The position numbers were made by a program, and so were the translations under genes. A stretch of DNA of 64,000 nucleotides from an uncultured Acidobacteriaceae bacterium. GTDB lineage: Bacteria; Acidobacteriota; Terriglobia; Terriglobales; Acidobacteriaceae. Positions 51,692 to 60,772 of the stretch are shown piece by piece. The stretch lies in NCBI GenBank assembly GCA_963745105.1, contig CAVUWQ010000022.1:99366-163365 (forward strand), in the 5' to 3' direction. Below the pieces are notes generated by a model that saw only the letters and a list, made by a program, of their open reading frames with translations, made no database searches and was not told the origin of the DNA. Position 1 is the stretch's first letter. Every line of letters begins with the position of its first letter.

Positions 51692-54358
51692 ATGAACATC
51701 TTTCGCCGCCGCCGTCTCTACAACGATCTCTCCGAAGAAATGCGCCAGCATCTCAACGAGAAAACAGATCAGATCATGCGCCTCGAAGGCCTCAGCCGCG
51801 AAGAAGCCACTCTGCGCGCCCGCCTCGCCTTCGGCAATCGCACCGTGATCGAAGAGCGCGGACGCGAGACCTGGCAGTGGCTGCGTGTCGAAAACCTGCT
51901 GCGCGACGTCGCCTTTTCCGCACGCCTGCTTCGCCGCTCGCCCGGCTTCACGCTCGTCGCCATCCTCACCCTCACTCTCGGCATCGGAGCCAACACCGCC
52001 GTCTTCAGCCTGCTCAACGGATTGCTCCTCCGCCCCCTCCCCGTCCCCAACGCCAGTGAGCTGGTGTTGCTTCGCATGGCGCCCGGCGAAACGGTCTCCA
52101 GCTTTTGCGCGCCGCTGTTTCGCGCGCTTGAGAAAAAGCACGATGCCTTCCGCAGCGTCTTCGCTTTCGCCAATGACAACAGAGTTCAACTTCGCGGACA
52201 GAACGGCTACGAGCGGGTGTCTGTCGCCGAAGTGAGCGGCGAGTTCTTCTCGGCGCTTGGAACATCACCGGTGCTGGGCCGCACGCTCAATGCCTCTGAC
52301 GATAAGAAGGGCGCGCCCGGTGGCTTCGGTGCCGTCATCAGCGATGCCTTCTGGAAACTGCATTACAACCGCGACCGCGAAGTGCTGGGCCGCCGCCTCA
52401 TGCTCAACGACGTGAGCGTCACCATCGTCGGAGTCATGCCGAGCGAGTTCATCGGCGCGGATGCTACCACTCATCCCGAGGTCTATCTCCCGCTCAGTGC
52501 CGAGCCGCTGATCGATCCCACCTACGACATGCTCGATCAGGGCTACCAGACGTGGTGGTTGCGTGTGGGCGCGCGCCTCAATCCCGGCGTCTCACTCGCG
52601 CAGGCCGGCGCCGCCCTGAAGACGGCCTCGCAGGCGCTCATCAAAGAAACTATTCCCGATCCCAAGTGGACCCTCTTCAATACCAAGCGTGACAGCATGT
52701 ATATGGCCGCCAGTTCAGGATCGGCTGGCTTCTCATTTCTGCGCGATCAATATCGCAACCCTCTGCTCGCCATCTTCGCCCTCTGCCTGCTGGTGTTGTT
52801 GCTCGCCTGCGTAAACCTGGCCAGCCTGCTGCTCGCGCGCGCCGCATCGCGGGAGCGCGAGATCGCGACGCGCCTCGCCATCGGAGCCACGCGCAGCCGC
52901 CTCATCCAGCAGTTATTGGTAGATAGCCTGCTGCTCGCTGTTCTCGGCACCGGCGCCGGACTGCTCTTCGCACCCTTGGCCAGCCGTCTCCTGGTCGGCA
53001 TGCTTACCGGCGGCAGGCATGCTATTTATCTCGATGCCAGCGTGGACTGGAGAGTGCTCCTCTTTGCCTCCGGCTCTGCACTGCTCTCCACCCTGCTCGT
53101 CGGCTTGCTGCCCGCCTTTCAAGCCACCGCTGGCGATCTCATGCAGCACATGAAAGATGGATCGCGCGGCAGCCGCAAAGGCGAGCATCGCCGTCTGCTG
53201 CCCAAAATCATGCTCATGGTGGAAGTCGCGCTGGCCATGGTGCTGGTCACCGGCGCAGGCTTGCTGAGCGCGAGCCTATTCCGGCTCTATCACTCAGGAC
53301 AGGGCTTCGATCCGCATGGCCTGCTCGAAGTCGACATCAGCCCGGATCATCAGTCGCTCGAAGGCGACGCGCTCATGCGCATGTATCACGACATCTCCGA
53401 CCGCATTGCCGCCTTGCCCGGAGTCAGATCCGTCGGCTACTCCAGCGTGCCCCCCATCTCCGGCAGCATGATGATGGGGAGCAAGCACGTACCCGGCGGC
53501 GGCGATCGCGACGAATACGGCAACAACGTCGGTCCCGGATATTTCAATGCCATGCGTACGCCCATCCTCGAAGGCCGCGACTTCAACTGGCAGGATAAGA
53601 CCATAGACAGCCGCGACATCATCATCAATCAGGCCGCGGCCAAAATGTTCTTCCCCGGCGGGGATGCTCTGGGCAAGACCCTCGCCGATACCGACGATAA
53701 AAAGGAAACCGCCTACACCATCGTCGGCGTGGTGGGAGATGCGAAGTACTCCTCGCTGAGACAGCCCGCGCCGCCCACCGTTTACAGCACCATCGGCTAC
53801 TTCAAGGATTTCAAGAAGCCCAGTTTCACCGCGATGGTGCGTTACACCGGACCTGTTGCTCCGCTGGCCGCGGCTATTCGCAGCATCCTCGCTTCCACCT
53901 CTCCTGATATTCCCGCGCCCGAGTTCAGAACCATGGAGAGCTTCATCGACAACTCCATCGCTGCCGAACGCGTAATGGCGTTGCTTTCCATCTTCTTCGG
54001 CATAAGCGCACTGCTCGTCACCGGCATCGGTCTCTATGGAGTGCTCGCCTACGCTACCGCACGCCGCACCAGTGAGATCGGCATACGCATGGCCTTGGGC
54101 GCAGCGCGGCAGCAGGTGATTGGCCTCGTCTTCCGCGAGAATCTCTGGGTTGCGCTCTCCGGCTGCGCCGCAGGACTGTTGGCCGCAATGCTCGCCTCGC
54201 GCGCGCTAACCAGCTTCCTGTACGGAACATCGCCGCGCGATCCCTCCGTGCTCATCTGCTCGGTCGCGGTGCTCTGCCTCATTGCGGCGCTCGCGTCGGT
54301 TCTCCCCGCCATCCGCGCGGCCAGCGTAGATCCCATCAAAGCACTGCGCTCGGAATAA
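51692..54358 (+). CDS. ADOP-like permease (array gene 3, close paralog of gene 2)
   Basis: 888 aa. MNIFRRRRLYNDLSEEMRQHLNEKTDQIMRLEGLSREEATLRARLAFGN. Ends ASVDPIKALRSE. Confidence 0.9.
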   Translation: MNIFRRRRLYNDLSEEMRQHLNEKTDQIMRLEGLSREEATLRARLAFGNRTVIEERGRETWQWLRVENLLRDVAFSARLLRRSPGFTLVAILTLTLGIGANTAVFSLLNGLLLRPLPVPNASELVLLRMAPGETVSSFCAPLFRALEKKHDAFRSVFAFANDNRVQLRGQNGYERVSVAEVSGEFFSALGTSPVLGRTLNASDDKKGAPGGFGAVISDAFWKLHYNRDREVLGRRLMLNDVSVTIVGVMPSEFIGADATTHPEVYLPLSAEPLIDPTYDMLDQGYQTWWLRVGARLNPGVSLAQAGAALKTASQALIKETIPDPKWTLFNTKRDSMYMAASSGSAGFSFLRDQYRNPLLAIFALCLLVLLLACVNLASLLLARAASREREIATRLAIGATRSRLIQQLLVDSLLLAVLGTGAGLLFAPLASRLLVGMLTGGRHAIYLDASVDWRVLLFASGSALLSTLLVGLLPAFQATAGDLMQHMKDGSRGSRKGEHRRLLPKIMLMVEVALAMVLVTGAGLLSASLFRLYHSGQGFDPHGLLEVDISPDHQSLEGDALMRMYHDISDRIAALPGVRSVGYSSVPPISGSMMMGSKHVPGGGDRDEYGNNVGPGYFNAMRTPILEGRDFNWQDKTIDSRDIIINQAAAKMFFPGGDALGKTLADTDDKKETAYTIVGVVGDAKYSSLRQPAPPTVYSTIGYFKDFKKPSFTAMVRYTGPVAPLAAAIRSILASTSPDIPAPEFRTMESFIDNSIAAERVMALLSIFFGISALLVTGIGLYGVLAYATARRTSEIGIRMALGAARQQVIGLVFRENLWVALSGCAAGLLAAMLASRALTSFLYGTSPRDPSVLICSVAVLCLIAALASVLPAIRAASVDPIKALRSE

Positions 54359-54415
54359 AGTCGCTCTATCGGTCGGGAGTAATTTGTTTTTGGCGAATCC
54401 GCGAAAGTTGTTTTT

Positions 54416-57118
54416 ATGAGTTTTGGAAATTGGTTTCAGCACATCTTTGGCCGCCGCCGCATCTACAACGATCTATCTGAAGAGCTGCGCCAGCACCTCG
54501 AAGAAAAAACCGATCAGCTCATGCGCAGCCAGGGCATAAGTCGCAAAGAAGCCGAACAAGCCGCGCGCCGCGCCTTCGGCAACGCTACACTCCACGAACA
54601 GCGCAGCCGCGAACAATGGCAGTGGCCTACGCTCGAGTCCTTAGGCGCCGACATGAAATACGCCGTGCGCCAGCTGACCAAATCGCCCGGCATCACCTTC
54701 ATCGCTATCCTCACCCTCGGGCTCGGCATCGGAGCCAACACCGCCATCTTCACCCTCACCTGGAACATCATCCTCCGCAGCCTGCCCGTCCCCCACCCCG
54801 AGCGGCTTGTCGAATATGAGCTGCGCAACGGTGACACCGTGCACGGCCTCAGTGGGCCGCTCTATCGATTGCTGCGCCAGCGTCAGACCACCAGCACCGA
54901 TCTCCTCGCCTGGACCAGCGATGAGAAGGTTCCGGTCGCGCACCGAAGCCAGCTCTCGCTTGAGACGGTTCAGCTCCTCACCGGAAATAGCTTCGGCATC
55001 CTCGAAATGCAGCCCTATCTCGGCCGCCTGTTTTCGGAGCAGGATGAACAGGGCATGGTCGCCGTGTTGGGCTACGACTTCTGGCAAAGCCATTTCGCTG
55101 GCGACCGCAACGTGATCGGTCAGACGCTCGTAATCGCCAACCACGCAGTCACCATCATCGGAGTGATGCCGCGCGCCTTCACCGGCCTCACTGCAAATCT
55201 GCGCCCTGCCGTTTATGTGCCCTTCTCTTTTGCAAATCTGCTGTACGAGAAGGACGACACCACCGCCACCTGGCCGAATCACTTCGGCTTCTACGTGCTC
55301 GGTCGCCTGAAGCCCGGAGCATCGCTGCAGCAGGCTTCAGCCGAGCTGCACGCCCTCGAGCCCTCGCTGCGCAAGGACGCCGACCCTACCGGCATTTACC
55401 TCAGTCAGTTCTTCAAGGCTCTGCGCCTGAATGTGCGCGAGGGAAGCAGCGGCCTCTCCTGGCTGAAAGCCACGTATGAAAGTCCTCTGCTGGTGCTCGA
55501 GCTTCTCGTCATCCTGCTTCTGCTGCTCTGCTCCATCAACACCGCACTGGTGATGATGGCCCGAGTCAGCGGGCGCCAGCAGGAGTATGCGTTGCGTATG
55601 GCGCTGGGAGCGCGTCGCTCGCGTATCATCCGCCAGGTCCTGGTGGAAACACTGCTGCTCGCTGTGCCCGGCCTCGTTGCCGGCATCCTGCTCGGATGGT
55701 TCGGTGCGCATACGCTGGCCACCATGCTGACCAATGACGGAACTCCGCAGCAGCTCCATCTGCGGCCTAATGCCATCATCCTCGCAGTCAACATCGTTGC
55801 TACGCTGCTGGTCGCGCTCTGCGCCGGATTGATCCCCGCCATGCGCGCCGCAGGCACCGCGCCTGCAATCGATCTCAAGGCCTCAGGCCGCAGCGTCGCG
55901 GCGAAAAATATCGGCGGATGGGCGATTGCTCTTCAGGTAATGGTGAGCATCTGTCTTCTCAGCACCGCGATTCTCCTGGGTGGAACCCTCACCACGCTGC
56001 TGACGGCGCACTCCGGCTTTGACTTCAACGCCGCCGCGACCGCGTCCATTGATCTCGAACCGCTGAAGCTCACAGATTCGCAGGGCAATCAGATCTTCAA
56101 TCGCTTCGCGGCCGCGCTCGAATCGAAGCCCGGTGTCCGCGCCGTTGCCTTCACCGGTCTGCTGCCTCTATCCCACCACTACACCGTCAGCCGGACATTC
56201 TCGGTCGACCGCCGCGGCGTCGTTCACAGCGACTCCAGCATGTTCTTCGCCAGCGTCACCTCTCAATATTTTTCCGCCGCCGGAACCCGCATGATCGAAG
56301 GCGATGCGGCACCACCGGCGACGCGCGCAGACTCAGGCATGGCCAGCTGCGTGCTTGGCCAGTCCCTCGCGCGCCTCTTCTTTCCCGGCGACGACCCCAT
56401 CGGCCAGATCGTTTACTTCTCCACCCAGGGAAAGCCCGATGGAACCGTTCTCGATCCCAAGTCATCCTGCCGTGTCGTAGGCGTCTCCGAAGATGTGAAA
56501 TACGTTTCGCTGCGCCGCCCCGCGATACCCGTGCTCTACGAGCTCTTTCGCCTCAACGTAATCTCCGACTATGCACCGACAGACGAAGCAGAAGTGGTTG
56601 TGCGCGCGGCGTCCAGCGCGTTGGCGCTCTCCGCGATTCGCAGCGCGATAGCCGAGACCATTCCGTCCACAGCCATCGTGAAAAGTGAATACTTCACGCA
56701 GCGCGCCGCCGACGATCTCAGCCGCGAGCGCATGCTCGTGTGGCTCTCCAGCAGCTTTGCACTTCTGGCGTTGCTTCTCACCGCGCTCGGACTATACGGA
56801 TTGCTGATGCGCTCCGTCACCCTGCGCACGCGCGAGATAGGAATTCGCGTAGCGCTGGGCGCGGGCCGGCGATCGATCATGATCACGCTGGGCCGTCGCA
56901 CGCTGGCCGAAGTAGCCGCAGGTCTCGCTGCCGGCACAATGTTCGCCGTGCTCATCACCCACGCCATTCAGCAGATGCTTGACATGCACAGCGCGCCGCA
57001 GGCCGGCCGCTATCTACTCGCAGCGGGATTGATTCTCGCCGTAGCCTTGCTCGCCGTCATAGCACCCGCAAAAAAAGCCACCAGCGTAGACCCCATGAAA
57101 GCCCTGCGCGCAGAGTAA
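54416..57118 (+). CDS. ADOP-like permease (array gene 4)
   Basis: 900 aa. MSFGNWFQHIFGRRRIYNDLSEELRQHLEEKTDQLMRSQGISRKEAEQAARRAFGN. Ends TSVDPMKALRAE. Confidence 0.9.
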   Translation: MSFGNWFQHIFGRRRIYNDLSEELRQHLEEKTDQLMRSQGISRKEAEQAARRAFGNATLHEQRSREQWQWPTLESLGADMKYAVRQLTKSPGITFIAILTLGLGIGANTAIFTLTWNIILRSLPVPHPERLVEYELRNGDTVHGLSGPLYRLLRQRQTTSTDLLAWTSDEKVPVAHRSQLSLETVQLLTGNSFGILEMQPYLGRLFSEQDEQGMVAVLGYDFWQSHFAGDRNVIGQTLVIANHAVTIIGVMPRAFTGLTANLRPAVYVPFSFANLLYEKDDTTATWPNHFGFYVLGRLKPGASLQQASAELHALEPSLRKDADPTGIYLSQFFKALRLNVREGSSGLSWLKATYESPLLVLELLVILLLLLCSINTALVMMARVSGRQQEYALRMALGARRSRIIRQVLVETLLLAVPGLVAGILLGWFGAHTLATMLTNDGTPQQLHLRPNAIILAVNIVATLLVALCAGLIPAMRAAGTAPAIDLKASGRSVAAKNIGGWAIALQVMVSICLLSTAILLGGTLTTLLTAHSGFDFNAAATASIDLEPLKLTDSQGNQIFNRFAAALESKPGVRAVAFTGLLPLSHHYTVSRTFSVDRRGVVHSDSSMFFASVTSQYFSAAGTRMIEGDAAPPATRADSGMASCVLGQSLARLFFPGDDPIGQIVYFSTQGKPDGTVLDPKSSCRVVGVSEDVKYVSLRRPAIPVLYELFRLNVISDYAPTDEAEVVVRAASSALALSAIRSAIAETIPSTAIVKSEYFTQRAADDLSRERMLVWLSSSFALLALLLTALGLYGLLMRSVTLRTREIGIRVALGAGRRSIMITLGRRTLAEVAAGLAAGTMFAVLITHAIQQMLDMHSAPQAGRYLLAAGLILAVALLAVIAPAKKATSVDPMKALRAE

Positions 57119-57150
57119 TGAACTCGAAGAACGAGCTTGGAGTGTATCAG

Positions 57151-57247
57151 GGCACGGCTCAGCCGTGCCGTACGGGACATTTGGGAGAGGGGTTTCAACC
57201 CCTGCGTCACTCATCATAGGGTGTCCACATCTCGAAGACATGTGGGA
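57151..57247. repeat. composite dispersed repeat (types A, B, D) after the array
   Basis: ggcacggc-tca-gccgtgcc (57151-57169); aggggt-TTCA-acccct (57188-57203); ccacatctcgaagacatgtggg followed by aat (57225-57247). Confidence 0.7.
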
Positions 57248-57272
57248 ATAGTTGTGAAGAAGTAGGATGTTG

Positions 57273-58025
57273 CTAACCAGCCGGCTCGCTGACCCGCTGA
57301 CTCGCTGCAAGCAAGTCTTCCACCGATTCCACCCAAAGAACCTGATGCTCAAAGATGCGTCCGAAGTGCCGCGAAATAGAATTCGCAACATTCTCCATCG
57401 TCGCCGCAGGCTGCACATCCGCATCGGCCTCAAGCTCCAGGCTGGTGACCGTGCGATCCGAAATTCCGCATGGCACGATCAGCTCGAAATCGCGCAGATC
57501 TGTGGTGACATTGAACGCGAACCCATGCGAAGTGATGCCGCGCGAGATATGCACGCCGATCGCGGCAATCTTCTTTTCGGAGACGGCGCCTCCAGCCAGA
57601 GTCCACACCCCCGTGCGTCCCGCAATCCGCTGCGTGCGCACTCCAAAATCTGCACAAGCCCGGATCATCACCTCTTCAAGTAAGCGCACATAATCCACCG
57701 CGCCCAGCCGCTTGCTCGAGTCGCCGACAGTAAAGCTTCGTAAGTCAAGAATGGGATAGCCCACCAGCTGACCCGGCCCGTGGTACGTGACATCGCCGCC
57801 GCGGTTGATCTCATGGATCTCGACGCCCCGATAAGCAAGAAACTCATCGCTAACCAGTACATTCGCGCGGTCAGAGTTGCGTCCCAGAGTAAGCACCGGA
57901 GGGTGCTCGAGCAGCAACAGCGTGTTGCCGATCGCCCCCGCATGCCGCGCCTCGACAAGCTGCTTCTGCAAAGCCAGCCCGGAAGCATAATCGATACGGC
58001 CGAGATGAGCGAGATTGAGAATCAT
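57273..58025 (-). CDS. lipB: lipoyl(octanoyl) transferase
   Basis: 250 aa. LLLLEHPPVLTLGRN, INRGGDVTYHGPGQLVGYPILDL, KKIAAIGVHISRGITSHGFAFNV. Confidence 0.9.
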   Translation of the reverse strand: MILNLAHLGRIDYASGLALQKQLVEARHAGAIGNTLLLLEHPPVLTLGRNSDRANVLVSDEFLAYRGVEIHEINRGGDVTYHGPGQLVGYPILDLRSFTVGDSSKRLGAVDYVRLLEEVMIRACADFGVRTQRIAGRTGVWTLAGGAVSEKKIAAIGVHISRGITSHGFAFNVTTDLRDFELIVPCGISDRTVTSLELEADADVQPAATMENVANSISRHFGRIFEHQVLWVESVEDLLAASQRVSEPAG

Positions 58026-58092
58026 TGCAGGCTTTGAAGAATGCCGCTACCTAACGAGAGCAGGAATTCCACATTCATCATAGACTTTGGCC

Positions 58093-58980
58093 ATGCTTGT
58101 CGACCATGTGTTGGCTCTCTTACAAAAACAGGACGGCTTGTCTGATCGTGAAATCACCGATTCCCTCTTCGGCAAGGAATTCGCGCCGCAATCCATAAAT
58201 CAGGCGTGTCACAAACTTAGATCGCGCGGGTTGATTTATCGGCAGAAGCGGTCAGACGGTCCTCTAAGGAATTACCTATCGAAAGACTCGGCGGCGCTCC
58301 CTTCTGTATTGAAGAATCAAATACAGCCTAGCTTCACTGTTGAAGTTCCTGAAGAGCTAAGACACAAAGCGAGTGAGCTTGGCGCGTTATGGGCGGCGTC
58401 TGATATGCGACCTCGGGTGAAGAATTCGGTGCAAGAACAATGGGATCGACTCATTGACGATTGGATAGCCGCAAAGGATCTGCCGCTGGCATTGCGTAAA
58501 CAAGCTCAATCCTACGCAAGAGGCTCGGTCGTAACGCATACAGAAACCGGGCGCGAAATCATCTGGACGGATAACTCTCCGGCGCAATGGGCGTTCTTCT
58601 CTGCCTGGAGGTCGATCCAATATTCCTTAGATAACGTCAGAGAACTTCTAGCGAGTAACAAAATTCCCTTTGCATTTGCCTCGAAGCGTTCCGATAACAA
58701 CGTTAAGCACCGGGGAACGGTTGGAAACTGTAAAGTTGACCTGAGCAAGCTAGGCTGGAAACTTTGCCACATTAAGAGGGTGTCGATAAACGCGAGAACA
58801 ATACCTCAGGAATTGGCCGTGCATAAGCTAGAAGAACACTTCGCACTGCTGATGAAGCCTAGCAATCACTTTGTCGTACCGAAACAATGGTCTGGTTTTG
58901 GAGAAATCCCAGAAGTGATTCATGAAATTTCAAGATACGAGCAGACTAGATTGAGCAACCCACAATCTTTGAGCGACTAG
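58093..58980 (+). CDS. hypothetical protein: N-terminal wHTH-like module plus a possible His-Me-finger (HNH_2-like) C-terminal region
   Basis: ATG at 58093 (the track starts at TTG 58087). LSDREITDSLFGK...INQACHKLRSRGLIYRQKR looks like a winged helix. GWKLCHIKRV...(34 aa)...NHFVVPKQWSGFGE resembles the AHIKP...N..L.P pattern of HNH_2 nucleases. Low GC (29/60 in 58141-58200). The call is tentative. Confidence 0.5.
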   Translation: MLVDHVLALLQKQDGLSDREITDSLFGKEFAPQSINQACHKLRSRGLIYRQKRSDGPLRNYLSKDSAALPSVLKNQIQPSFTVEVPEELRHKASELGALWAASDMRPRVKNSVQEQWDRLIDDWIAAKDLPLALRKQAQSYARGSVVTHTETGREIIWTDNSPAQWAFFSAWRSIQYSLDNVRELLASNKIPFAFASKRSDNNVKHRGTVGNCKVDLSKLGWKLCHIKRVSINARTIPQELAVHKLEEHFALLMKPSNHFVVPKQWSGFGEIPEVIHEISRYEQTRLSNPQSLSD

Positions 58981-59128
58981 GCGACGCGGCAAGGTAGTCG
59001 GCGATTGCCGACTTGATATTCTCTAGAGCCTCTTCTTCCGTTGCCCCCTGGGACCAGCATCCCGGCAGGTCAGGGCAACCAACTGCGAACCCTTCTTCTG
59101 ACTCGATGAGTTCCACCCTATATTTCAT
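58946..59128 (-). CDS. hicB: HicB-like (UPF0150) antitoxin domain protein, no hicA seen
   Basis: The ATG at 59128 has GGAGGGG upstream. MKYRVELIESEEGFAVGCPDLPGCWSQGATEEEALENIKSAIADYL is the canonical HicB N-domain. 60 aa, with no DNA-binding extension. The 3' end overlaps 58093..58980 convergently by 35 nt. Confidence 0.65.
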   Translation of the reverse strand: MKYRVELIESEEGFAVGCPDLPGCWSQGATEEEALENIKSAIADYLAASPSRSKIVGCSI

Positions 59129-59210
59129 CGCCCCTCCAATGGGCAAATTTGCTGAAGCATCTTCAAAGGCTGCAGCGTTACCCACCAGGCCATAAGGTAA
59201 TCATAAAATT

Positions 59211-59234
59211 AGAGGGTGGCCTTGGCCACCCTCT
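59211..59234 (-). terminator. hairpin downstream of lpdA
   Basis: agagggtgg-ccttgg-ccaccctct, followed on the minus strand by AATTTTATGATT. Confidence 0.55.
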
Positions 59235-59269
59235 TAAATCACTACTAGAAAATAACGTCACGCAAAAAA

Positions 59270-60715
59270 CTAAACGTTGATCGCCATCCCTTCAACGCTC
59301 GAGAACCCATCCAGCATCGCCTCCGCCAGCGTGGGATGCGCATGAATGATCCACATCATGTCTTCCACCGTCGCCTCAAGCTCGATCGCCGTTACCGCCT
59401 CGGCAATCAACTCCGTCGCCTGCGGACCGATAATGTGCACGCCGAGAATCTCTCCGTACTTGGCGTCCGCAATCACCTTCACGAAGCCGTCGTGAGAGTC
59501 CACGATCGTAGCCTTCGAGTTCCCGACAAAAGGAAACTTGCCGACCTTGATGTTCAGTCCCTTCTCGCGTGCCTTGGCTTCGGTAAGCCCTACGCTGCCG
59601 ATCTGCGGCTCGGTGTAGGTGCAGCCAGGAATGCGCTCGCGCTTGACCGGCCGCGCATACTTGCCGGCAATTTTGGTCACCGCCACGATGCCCGCCATCG
59701 ATCCCGAGTGCGCCAGCTGCGGCATGCCCGCGACGATGTCTCCAATTGCGTAGACCCCCGGCTCGTCGGTCTGCATGTACTCGTTCACTTTGATGAAGCC
59801 GCGATCCGGAGCGATCTTCGTCTTCTCGAGACCGATGCCCTCGGTCCGTGGAGCGCGGCCTACGGCGACGAGCACCTTCTCGGCTTCCTTCACCACCGTT
59901 TTGCCGTCGGACGCCGTGAACGTCACCTTCACGCCAGTCTTCGTCGTCTCGACTTTCTCGACCTTCGCGCCCACGTTGATGTCGATGCCGCGTTTCTTGA
60001 ACGACCGCGCCAGCTCCTTGCTCACCTCTTCGTCTTCTGCCGGAACCAGACGCGGCAGATATTCAACAATGGTGATGTCCGAACCAAAGCTCTTGAAGAT
60101 CGACCCGAACTCCACGCCGACAGCGCCCGCGCCGATAATCACCAGCGACTTGGGAATGCTCTCCATCGAGAGAATTTCAATATTGGTCAGGATGCGGTCG
60201 CTGGTCTCGATGCCCGGCAGCATGCGCGCATTCGATCCCGTGGCCAGCACCACATTCTTCGCCTTGATGGTCGTTGCCTTGGTCTTGTCGTTGCCTGGGT
60301 CCGCCGCCACGTCAATCGTATGTACGCCATCCTTGGCCGGACCGGTCAGCTTGCCGAAGCCGGGCACGACCGTGATCTTGTTCTTCCGCATCAGGAAATC
60401 CAGGCCCTTGGTGTGCCGGGTCACGATGGAATTCTTGCGGTCGAGAATGGCCTTCCAGTTGAGCGAGCCTTCACTCAGGCCGTCGATCCCGTAATCCTTC
60501 GCGTGCTTCAGGTGGTCGTAGACCTCTGCATTGAAGAGCAGAGCCTTGGTCGGGATGCAGCCAACGATCAGGCAGGTCCCGCCCAGGGCCTTATCTTTTT
60601 CAATCAAAGCCACTTTCAGCCCATGCTGGCCGGCGCGGATGGCGGCGGTATATCCGGCGGGTCCTCCGCCGATGATGGCTACGTCGTAAATCGTCTCTGC
60701 CAAAGCAAACTCCAA
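59270..60715 (-). CDS. lpdA: dihydrolipoyl dehydrogenase (E3)
   Basis: 481 aa. VAIIGGGPAGYTAAIRA, GGTCLIVGCIPTK (redox disulfide), GAGAVGVEFGS, and a C-terminal HAHPTLAE dimerisation/His-Glu motif. Confidence 0.93.
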   Translation of the reverse strand: MEFALAETIYDVAIIGGGPAGYTAAIRAGQHGLKVALIEKDKALGGTCLIVGCIPTKALLFNAEVYDHLKHAKDYGIDGLSEGSLNWKAILDRKNSIVTRHTKGLDFLMRKNKITVVPGFGKLTGPAKDGVHTIDVAADPGNDKTKATTIKAKNVVLATGSNARMLPGIETSDRILTNIEILSMESIPKSLVIIGAGAVGVEFGSIFKSFGSDITIVEYLPRLVPAEDEEVSKELARSFKKRGIDINVGAKVEKVETTKTGVKVTFTASDGKTVVKEAEKVLVAVGRAPRTEGIGLEKTKIAPDRGFIKVNEYMQTDEPGVYAIGDIVAGMPQLAHSGSMAGIVAVTKIAGKYARPVKRERIPGCTYTEPQIGSVGLTEAKAREKGLNIKVGKFPFVGNSKATIVDSHDGFVKVIADAKYGEILGVHIIGPQATELIAEAVTAIELEATVEDMMWIIHAHPTLAEAMLDGFSSVEGMAINV

Positions 60716-60772
60716 TCCTTTTATGACATGCGCGGGCCCTAAGCCAGCCAGCGGCCCATCCCGAACAGTTTA

